DNA from: Azolla caroliniana
Lineage: Eukaryota > Plantae > Polypodiophyta
Direction: 5' to 3'
Assembly: GCA_043228905.1 (NCBI GenBank)
Contig: JBHGNT010000271.1
Span: 1 to 42,022 of the forward strand
DNA length: 42,022 nucleotides
The notes beneath the pieces are model-generated. The model did not search any database. It was not told where the DNA came from and worked only from the letters and a program-made list of their open reading frames with translations. The translations under genes were made by a program, and so were the position numbers. Shown piece by piece: positions 21,821 to 31,339 of the stretch; the first letter of the stretch is position 1; every line of letters begins with the position of its first letter.

Positions 21821-23145
21821 ACGCAAGATCTAGTGATGTGAAATAACTTGACTTCCCGTCTTGACCTAACAAGTCGTGGATGCGTGGCAATGGATAGAGA
21901 TCATGCTTCATGATCTTGTTCAAGGGCCTGAAATCGATGCAAAAACGGAACGTACCATCGTCCTTACGGACGAGATGCGGCTCTGAAATCCAATCGCTAC
22001 TTGATGACTCAATGATGTCTTTCTCTAGCATGTCTTGTACTGCTTGATTGATTCGATGATTATCTAATGGTGATTGTCGTCGGGGTGCAGTTTGAATTGG
22101 TTTTGAATTGACCGTGGGAATAGAATGTTGCACCGGAAGATTGATCTTGGTTGTCTTTGTAGACGTGTAAAATAGGTCGGGGAATTGCCGGAGGATACTA
22201 CGGATTACGGCTAGCCGTACTTGTGGTGGTTCTAGGTGAATTTGTGTGTGCAAGATGTGTGCGCAAAGTTGTGGAGTGTTAAGTAATGGAATTGTGGCTA
22301 ATGGCTTTGTATTAGGTAAAACTAATGTTTGTGTATCAAAGTGCAGTTGTGCGCCATTGTTTATAAACCAATCACAACCTAACGTCATTGGAAATAGTTG
22401 GTGCGGTAAGACCTAGAAGGAATGAAGAAACGTGTGCTGGGCAAGGGTGAATGTACAATGTGCGTGTCTAGCAGATTGGTATATTTTTTGCTTATCGCCA
22501 AAGATGACTTGAATCGGCGCTGCGGGTGAAGTAGGTAAATTTAGTGATTTAACTAACTAAATCTAAACTAATTGAAGATATGGTGCTTCTTGAATCTAAA
22601 AGGGCTTCATGTGATGTGTTATCTATTTGTGCTATTGTGCAACATACCATGCGTTCGGGAGAGGTTGCGGCTTGAATGTGCAGGAATTGCTCTTCCATCA
22701 ACGTCACTCTTGGTTGTTTCCCTGTTCCATGGCAAATGATGCAGTGTCGGCCAATTGGATTTGTGCATTTTGATGATGTCTAGAGGCTGCAAACTTCCTA
22801 CAATATTTTTTAACATGGCCATACCCATTACAATAGAAACAACGAGGCTTACCATGATTGTCTCTATCTGGTAAGTTCTTTTTAGTGATGAATTGTACAT
22901 TTTGGATGTCTATGTCCATTGGGCCAATGGTCGGCTCAATTGCTGTCTTTTGAATATTGTTATTTGCAGGTGGTGTCGGTTGTGATAGGTCCATGTAATC
23001 CGGTGCCTCAATTCGTTGTGCGATTTGCACAACCATATGGAATGTCATTGGGCCTTGGTCTCTGACACGTCAGTATATGTCGTGGCGTAATCATGGTAGT
23101 AGAAAATAGAGCTTCATGGTTTCCTTCATATTGGGGTCGACATGC
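21821..23145 (-). pseudogene. Element A gag C-terminus, protease and RT N-terminus
   Basis: GPMDID and CCHC knuckle CFYCNGYGHVKKYC; protease-like EALLDSRSTIS; RT LVRKDDGTFRFCIDFRPLN..YPLPRI. Confidence 0.9.
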
Positions 23146-23821
23146 TGTCATGGAGAAAACCATCCCTAGGCGGAAACCGAGTATAACGTGCGTAAACCGG
23201 CCCTTACACGTGAGCACAAGTTTTGTTGTGTAGTACGTAGGTAGGTACAAGTAGCCTGAGGAGAAATCCTAGGTAGTACACGTTCGGTAGGGAGGAAATC
23301 GAGCCGTATCCCTGTCCGAAAGGATAGGGAATAAACATGATGTAACAAGTGGTAACGGTCTTCGTCCTTGGGTTATAAAAGAGAGGGAGAAGTGAAGGAA
23401 ATGGGGCATTTTTTTTGGGAGGACGAAGTGCTGCCGGATTGGAACTGAGCACTTCTCCTCTGTCCTCTCTATAATCGTTCTGTGCAGGTTCCGGGAGGCT
23501 GACTCTGTTCCGCGGGATGCCCGAGTGCTCCCGGCAGAGCCTCCATCTCGCATTCTGTGTGTGTGTGTGTGCGTAGGCGTCGGAGCCCATCACTCGCCGG
23601 CTTGCCGGCTGTAACGTCTTGATATATATATATATACATAAACATTCGTTCTATCTCCATCTAGCGTTCTGTAGCTAATTGCAATTCCTGTGATTCTGTG
23701 GGTTTGTGCGCGTGTGAATTACATCGTAAGAGTCCTTCCCCTCCCTTCATTCGGTTATTTCTCGGTCTGAGGCCCCGGTGGTCCCGCCTTGTTCTCCACG
23801 CACGCGCATAACAACGCGACA
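23146..23821 (+). repeat. Element C 5' LTR
   Basis: TGTC..GACA termini; TATAAAA near 23374; internal (TG)n and (TA)n tracts. Confidence 0.95.
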
Positions 23822-23825
23822 TATT

Positions 23826-23843
23826 TGGTGAACCCGACGTGAA
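23826..23843 (+). other. Element C primer-binding site (tRNA-Trp)
   Basis: TGGTGAACCCGACGTGAA is complementary to the 3' end of plant cytosolic tRNA-Trp (..TTCACGTCGGGTTCACCA, recalled from memory). Confidence 0.88.
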
Positions 23844-23892
23844 CAGGCGGTAGAGGAATAGAAAGATGAGAGGGTCGGATCTTGCAGAAGCC

Positions 23893-25984
23893 ATGGCTTC
23901 GGCTGTGGATCGGATAGTGAGTGCGCGCGAAGGCACAGGTGCCCTCGATAGGGCTATTGAAGCGGTCGTTGGCACGATAGGACGGTTCGGTGGGAAGGAC
24001 GCCACGAGCTATTTGGAGGCCTACTGAGCCGAAATGGTGATGAGGGACATCCCGGAGGACAGTTGATTGGCCGGATTCCCTTGGGTGGCGATGTTGGGCA
24101 TCCACGCGGAGGTGCTTGAGGTACGGGCTGAGAATCAGACCTGGGAAGAGTTTGAAGGTCGGCTCCTTGAAAAATACGGGCTTCATGACGCGCTTCGGCT
24201 GTCGAAGCGGGACTTCATGGAATGGGTGGAGACCCCCGAAAAGGGGAGGAACGTGTCGGTGCTCCTTTGGGAGTTTGAAGAACGCTTCACACGACTTTCG
24301 GCGCTGGACCGGACTGTGCTGGACACAAGTCGTGTCCTATTGTTCGTTAAATCGGTGGATGCAAGGGACCGGGAGCAAGTGGGTTTCATACTAGAGACCG
24401 ATGACGGCCTAACAACTGACTGGGCCAAGGTAAAGAGAGTCTGCGGCCGTTTTGATAAGCGGCGTGAGTGGGTCGATAAAGGCTTGACGAGGGCAGGTTT
24501 TGTTGCGACAAGGAAGGTCGAGGTACCCCCACTGACGCGAAGGGAAGAGACCCAAGACTGGCTCGAGACCGACTCGACTTCGACCGACATGGTCAAAAGC
24601 TCATCCAGAGGAGTGTCTCTAGAGGAGCTGGCTCAGATGGTGAGGGACCTCCAGATCGCGCAAGCACGGAGGGACGACGGAGAACAAATCCGTGACCGAA
24701 GGCCTCCGGCTGGGAGCTGGTGCTTCTGGTGCGATGTAGTCGGCCACGCCTGAAAGGACTGCGGGGACTTCGCCGAAGTGATAAGAGCTAACGTGGTGTA
24801 CCTATGGAACGATCGGGTGCATGCTAGCGAAACCCGGAGGGCCCAGGATCTGAATGTCGGACGAGGGGGTATGAAACGGTTGATGGAAGAAGCGGCGGCT
24901 CATCACACGGAGACCGTCCACTACTCGGCGTCGGCTGGAATCCGGGTCGGAAGCGATGAAGACTGGAAGACGAAAGAAGCTGGATTCTAGCCGATGATGC
25001 TGGAAGGGCTCGCCAGCGTAAGGCTGAAGAAAGAGGAAGCGAACCGCGCGAAAAGACGGGTCCAGGAGGTAACCGGGTGGAGTGACCTGGTCGAGTAGAA
25101 GACGAGCTTCGTGGAAGCCGCGTGCCAGAACTACGAGATTCTGGTGGAAGACAAGCGAGCGGGAAAGACCGGGGGGGGGGGGGGGGGAGCGAACCCTCAC
25201 AACTGTATGAGACCCGGTTCGGGCCGAAGCAGAGTGATGTTGGTGCATCCGGCGCACCGGACAAGGCCAAAAAGGCCGGTTATCGGTTGAGCACGGAGAT
25301 CGAAAGGTCCTGGAGGAACGGATCCTTGACAACAAAGTGGAGCTGTCGCTAAGGGAAGTGCTCGGTATCGCCAAGAAGGAGTTCCACGACTCCATCGTAG
25401 ACTTGGTGAAGCGGAAAAGGCTTTCAACGGAGCCGGAGCTGGAAAAGCCGGTGGAGGTGCGAATGATGCACCTAGAAGACATGGCCCTGGAGGACGAATT
25501 GGAGGAAAGCCACTACTCGAGGCTACATTGGGCTAGGGTCACTACGGAAACCCCTGTTCAGATCGGGGATGTCTAGGAGCCAGTGGTGGTGTTGGTAGAC
25601 CACGGTTCGGAGATCAACTTGATGTCCATGGACTTCTACAAGAAGGGAAAGTGGCCGATCAACACCAAGCACGGGTGGAAGATACGGGCAGCAATGCGCG
25701 CCATGGAGGAGTTGCATGGAGCCTACCTGAATGTACGAGTAAAAATCGGCAATGTTGAGATCGACCAACACTTCTTCGTGCAGGAGACATCCTCACATCT
25801 GGTGATACTCGGAGAACCGTACATCACGGCGGCGCGCATGGAGACAAAGGTGATGGACAACGGTTCGGCATATGCATGAGTCAAGAGCCAGGATGGGCGC
25901 CACTTGGTCCAGTTCCTAACGGTGCGACCGAACCATAAGCGTAACCGCGAGACCCTCGGTGCCGAAAACCGAGGGGATTTTTAG
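23893..25984 (+). pseudogene. Element C gag-protease
   Basis: Gag capsid region, CCHC knuckle CFWCDVVGHA*KDC, protease motif VLVDHGSEINL; ends ..NRGDF*. Premature stops and a G17 run disrupt it. Confidence 0.85.
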
Positions 25985-28900
25985 AGAGGGCTATCAAGGC
26001 ATGGGGCCGCGATAGTCCGGAGACCCCGAAAAACCCCCATAGATGTTCTATAGGCGAAAAAACCTATACCATAGGTAGAAAATTTTGGTTCTTCGATAGC
26101 GAAGGTTCTACAATAGCCGATGTAGTTGGCTGGGAAAAGAAGCGGGCGGAGGAGCGACTTCGGGCATGGGGAGTCCTCGGCCCTGAAGAGGAAATCAATG
26201 GAGCCGTGGAGGCGGTCTCTTTCGATGACACCTTGGGGAAGTTACGGGAGGTGTTCGGAGAAGGCCTTAATGAGGACCGGACGATTCCGGTATGTTCGGA
26301 AAAGATGTACGAAGTCATCGCCGACTTCGGTAGTGGACTCGAGTCGGATCGGATGGCCCGAGTGGGTACGAAGTACAAGACCGTGGACTAGAAGGTGAGG
26401 CCAGTTGCGGCACCCTTGCCGGAGGGCAGCGAGTTACAAATAAAGGGGGTCGCGTCATACCCAAGTTTACGAGATCCGGCCAGCATGGGACACGCGTTAA
26501 CCGACATAACGCTACGGGAGCTCAAGATCGGTGGGGATGGTTTTCTATTGCCGGCGGAAGGAGACAGGTTTCGGAGAATGCTCGGGAGGCCCGGGAAGGT
26601 TTTCGCATTCTCGCCGGAGGAGATCGGGTGCGTGGACCCGAAGGTTGTGGAACCAATGGTGATCTTCACGGTACCGCATGTGCCGTGGAGTCTCAAACCG
26701 ATTCCGGTACCCAGAGCTCACATCCCGAAGCTGATGGAGTTGCTGAAACAGAAGATGGAGATGGGCATCCTCAAGCCGTCGAATGCCCCATATTCGAATC
26801 GGTGGTTTACCGTGCCGAAGAAGAACGGCACACTGCGCTTCATACAGGACCTACAGCCGGTCAACAAGGTGACCATTCGAAACGCAGGTATCGGACCGAC
26901 CATCGATGAGTTCGTGGAGGCTTTCGTAGGGAGGTCAATCTACTCGGTCGGGGACCTGTACTCAGGCTACGATCAGTTCCAGCTAGCCGTAGAGAGTAGG
27001 GATGTCACGACGATGCGGACTCCTCTCGGCCTAGTTCGGATGTGTACCTTGCCGCAAGGAGGAACGAACTCGGTGGCACACATGGTGAATGCGATGAACA
27101 AGGTGTTGAGGGACTGCATCCCGGACATCACCATGCCGTTTCTGGACAACATCCCGATCAAAGGATGTCCGGTGGAGGACAAGGACGTGTCGGTCGGGGC
27201 CAACGGTTGCCGGAGGTTCGTGACGGATCACATCCGCGATTGCGAGAAAGTGCTACAAAGACTCGGGAGCGCGCGGCTCACCCTCTCCGGAGAAAAATCA
27301 GCATTCGGACAATCGGAGATCCTAGCAGTCGGACACCTGTGCGGGCCCTATGGCCGGAAATCGTCCCCGGCAAAGGTAGAAGCCATCTCCGTGATGAAGG
27401 ACGATTGCGGGTCGGTTACGGGGGTCCGCAGATTCTTGGGTGCGTGCGCGTTCTACCACATTTGGATTCCGCTCTACGGGCTATTGAAGAAAGGGCGTAG
27501 GTTCGAGTGGAGGGCAGAGCACACGGAGTCGGTCCGGAGGCTGAAGGAGGTGCTTGCTCCGGCACCGGCTCTCCGGAAAGTGGTTTACGGTAAGGAAGTC
27601 CCCATTTACGTAACGGTGGACACGAGCCCGAACGGGATCGGGTGGGTGATCAATCAGTAAGACGAAGATGGCGTACGGTTCCCGATCCGGCTCGGGGCAA
27701 AGGTATTGAGTGAGTAGCAGCGAGGATACGCCCAAATCAAGCGCGAGCTATGGGGTATCGTTTCGGCAGTTAAGGCCGACAAGGACTATCTGATCGGGAC
27801 AGAAGTGATCATCGAGACAGACTGCCTACCGATTCTGGGTATGGTTTCCAGATGCGCGACTCCGGACCTGGCGATGCTCAGGTGGATCACGTACATCAAG
27901 TACCTAAACCCGGAGATACGACACATCTTCGGAAAGGATAACGCCATGGCCAACATGCTTTCAAGGGCGAGGTTCAATGACGAGGATGGCATGGTTTCGG
28001 ATAACGAAGAGGTCGGCGAGGACTTCTTCGGGTTAGCTAATATAACAACAAGAAAGGGGAGCACTCCGGCGCTTAATGAATTCGACGAGAGCAAGTACAG
28101 TGGGGAGTGGCTCCAGATCGGCGGGTTCCTGAAGACAATGATACCGGATGCGACGTGGACGAAGGAAGAGGCCAACCGGATTCGGAAGAAAGCGTTTCCT
28201 ACGGGACGAGAGCATATGGAAACACCCGAAGAAGAGAAACGACATCTCGCTCTGAGTGGTGGTGAAGAAAGAGGAACAGGAAGAATTGTTGACGGCATAC
28301 CACGAGAGTCCCTAGGCCGGGCACCGTGGGATGTGGGCCACATTCGAGAAGCTAAGGGGGAAGTACTGGTGGCTGGGGCTATACCGGGACGTGCATTGGT
28401 TCGTAACGACTTGCAAAAGCTGTCAAGTGCACTCCATAGTCCGACATCGGGACGAGCTTCACCCGACCTACCCTCCGACCGTCCACTTCAAGTGGATGGT
28501 GGATCTGGTGACGATGCCGATGGGGGTAGGGCAGATGCAGTATCTGGTGCTGGCTTGGGAGGACCTGACGAACCAGGTGGAAGGCCGAGCATTGCAGAGC
28601 AAAACGACCGTGGCCGTGTGCCGATTTCTAATTGAAGAAGTGTTGTGCCGGTACGGGTGCGTAGGAAAGATTGTGGCCGACCGCGGGGAATTGGACGCGC
28701 AAGAGGCGGAAGAGCTGTTTGGTCGGCTAGGAATTAATCTGTCGCTCACCACGAAGTACAATCCGGAGGCTAACGGGAATGTGGAGCGCGGACACGGGCT
28801 GATTGTCAAAGCGTTAGTATGGGCGTGTGGAGGCCAAGTCGGGAGCTGGCCACGGCTCTTACCCTACGCGTTGTGGGCGGACCAAACTACGCACAGTTCG

Positions 28901-29436
28901 GTAATCGGGTTCGTGCCGGCAGAGCTGATGTACGGGTAGAAGCCGATCATGCCAACGGAGTAGACAATCTCCTCATGGGCATGGTGGATTGGAACAACGA
29001 GATGAGCCGGGAGGAGCTGTTAGCGGCACGGATTCGGCAGCTGGAACGAAGACCGGAGGACGTGGACCGAGGCGCGGAGAAGCTACGGGTGGCGAGGGTA
29101 AAGGATAAAGGAAGGTTCGACCGGACTCATCGACTAAGACCGAAGAAGATCGAGGAAGGCGACTGGGTTCTAGTGTATGAAAGCAGCCTCGACAACCAGC
29201 ACCGGGCAACGCGGAAGTTTGCAAGAAGGTGGTTCGGGCCTTATGCGGTGATGAGAGCCAACGACAATGGGACCTACCATCTCGCAGAGCTCGACGGGAC
29301 AAGGATGGCGGTACCAGTAGTGGGGAAAAGGATCAAAGCCTTCAAAAAGTGGCACGAGGCTGAACCAGACCCAGGCGACCTGGATAGCGACAACGATCGG
29401 CTCGGAATGGATGCCGATCCGGAAGACGAAGGATAA
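25981..29436 (+). pseudogene. Element C RT-RNase H-integrase
   Basis: YSNRWFTVPKKNGTLRFIQDLQPVN, DLYSGYDQ, PFLDNIPIKG (decayed FLDD); RH VTVDTSP..IGW; INT CKSCQ, WMVDLV, IVADRGE, RRWFGPY. Confidence 0.92.
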
Positions 29437-29510
29437 GCGTGGGCCGATCTTCTCCGGGAGGAGTCTAATTTTGGCGCATACCGATGGATGCGCGGTTAGG
29501 TGGGGGTGGA

Positions 29511-30204
29511 TGTCGTGGAGAAAACCGTCCCTAGGTGGAAACCGAGTATAACGTGCGTAAACCGGCCCTTACACGTGGGCACAAGTTTTGTTGTGTAGTA
29601 CGTAGGTAGGTACAAGTACCCTGAGGCGAAATCCTAGGTAGTACGCGTTCGTTAGGGAGGAAATCGAGGCGTATCCTTGTCCAAAAGGACAGGGAATAAG
29701 CATGATGTAACAAGTGGTAATGGTCTCCCTCCTTGGGTTATAAAAGAGAGGGAGAAGTGAGGGAAATGGGGCGTTTTTTTTGGGAGGACGAAGTGTTGCC
29801 GGATTGGAACTGAGCGCTTCTCCTCTGTCCTCTCTATAATCGTTCTGTGCAGGTTCCGGGAGGCTGACTCTATTCCGCGGGACGCCTGAGTGCTCCCGGC
29901 AGAGCCTCCATCTCGCGTTCTGTGTGTGTGTGTGTGTGTGTGCGTGCGCGCGTAGGCGTCGGAGCCCATCACTCGCCGGCTTGCCGACTGTAACGTCTTG
30001 ATATATATATATATATATACATAAACATTCGTTTTGTCTCCATCTGGCGTTCTGTAGCTAATTGCAATTCCTGTGATTCTGTGGGTCTGTGCACGTGTGA
30101 ATTACATTGTAAGAGTCCTTCCCCTCCCTTCATTCGGTTATTTCTCGGTTCGAGGCCCCGGTTGTCCCGCCTCGTTCTCCATGCACGCGCTTAACAACAC
30201 GACA
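29511..30204 (+). repeat. Element C 3' LTR
   Basis: Direct repeat of 23146-23821 with longer microsatellite tracts. Confidence 0.95.
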
Positions 30205-30760
30205 ACGCAGTAACAACTGTTTCATTTTGACGGCGAATTGTGTCACTGGTTCATGTGCCTGTTGACGTAGATTGTTTAATTGTTGGAGGGTTGTTTGTGT
30301 GACATCGTTGTTTGCGAAGTGTTATATGAATTGCTCACGCAAGTAGGCCCAATTCTGTTTGATTTCCTCAGGTTGTTGAATGAACCAGGTGGCAGCAACA
30401 TGCTCCAACATTGTTCACAATTCTAACGCCTTTCTTTTGTTGTGCCATTCATGGTAACCCGCCACATTGTCGAAATGATCCAACCATGTTAGAACATCTT
30501 CTATTGGAAAACTCGAGAAGGATCTTGGGTGGATTCTTGAATCTTTCTGTTTGTTGGTCGTTGCACCAGCGGACTAATTTGTAATCCATGTCATAAGTGT
30601 TTGGTTTGTATGATTTACTTGCATCATCATTGTTGACATCACCTGAAACATCTGCTCCATGGCAGGGTTAACCTGTGCGTGTTGTATGAATTTGGGTTGC
30701 ATGCTAACAGTGTTATCCCCTTCCGGTTGTTGCATGGTGTATGAGATCTTTGTGTCATGG
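30205..30760 (-). pseudogene. Element A gag N-terminal part
   Basis: SRIHPRSFSSFPIEDVLTWLDHFDNVAGYHEW..AATWF..QFAVKMKQLLLR, joining in frame to 23141. Start position approximate. Confidence 0.75.
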
Positions 30761-30875
30761 ATGGTGACCCGGCAGTGATTATTGGCTACTAATGGGAAGA
30801 GTCGGTTGTCGGCTTGCTGTGCTTCGTCAAGAAGTCAGCTAGAGTACTCTACACACTCAGACGCCGTGGCAAGAG

Positions 30876-30891
30876 CCCGTTGTCTCCACCA
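30876..30891 (-). other. Element A primer-binding site, tRNA-Ala-like
   Basis: TGGTGGAGACAACGGG begins 1 nt after the 5' LTR; its first 9 nt complement the tRNA-Ala 3' end (..TCTCCACCA). Confidence 0.65.
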
Positions 30892-30892
30892 A

Positions 30893-31032
30893 TGTAACAT
30901 ACACAGAGTAGACTCCAAAAAGTGTCCTCATTGGACCTCCTTTGTTTCTATTTATAATCGTGTTAGTTACATCTTTAACTTCTTGGTGCTTCACCTAACT
31001 AACCAGACCCATTCTTGCTCCACTACCTAACA
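30893..31032 (-). repeat. Element A 5' LTR
   Basis: 140 bp, TG..CA termini, adjacent to the PBS. Confidence 0.93.
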
Positions 31033-31339
31033 ATATTAATTCTCCTTTATAATGTCAAATAAAAAAGGGGGAAGTTTATGAACCTTTATTTTAATTAATT
31101 AATTTTTAAAAAAACGAGTAATTTTATATTTATTATAGAAATATGATTAGAGTGAAGTCCAATTTTTAATGTCAAGATAAAAATATCCATAAATTTTAAG
31201 AGAATAAAATGTGAGGAATTAATGACCCTTTATTTTATTTTATTTATTTATTAAAAATAAAATGAATACTTTTACATTATTATGAAAATTTATTAGTGTC
31301 AAGTGCCTCTTTTAATGTCCCTTTTTATAGTCCCTCTTT

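Larger units (their letters stand above)
23146..30204 (+). mobile_element. Element C: full-length decayed non-chromovirus Ty3/Gypsy retrotransposon, tRNA-Trp primed
   Basis: LTRs 23146-23821 and 29511-30204; TSD ATGC/ACGC; PBS 23826-23843; PPT AGGTGGGGGTGGA at 29498-29510; order gag-PR-RT-RH-INT. Confidence 0.95.
14590..31032 (-). mobile_element. Element A: Ty3/Gypsy LTR retrotransposon with 140-bp LTRs, host of two nested insertions
   Basis: TG..CA direct repeats at 14590-14729 and 30893-31032; order gag-PR-RT-RH-INT on the minus strand; flanks GTAT/ATAT. Removing B restores DLAS|GYWQIPL and removing C restores KMKQLLLR|VDPNM, both in frame. Confidence 0.93.

Noticed and set aside
25171-25187. 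G17 run as a programmed frameshift or G-quadruplex signal
   Set aside because: More simply a homopolymer expansion or sequencing uncertainty in a decayed ORF.
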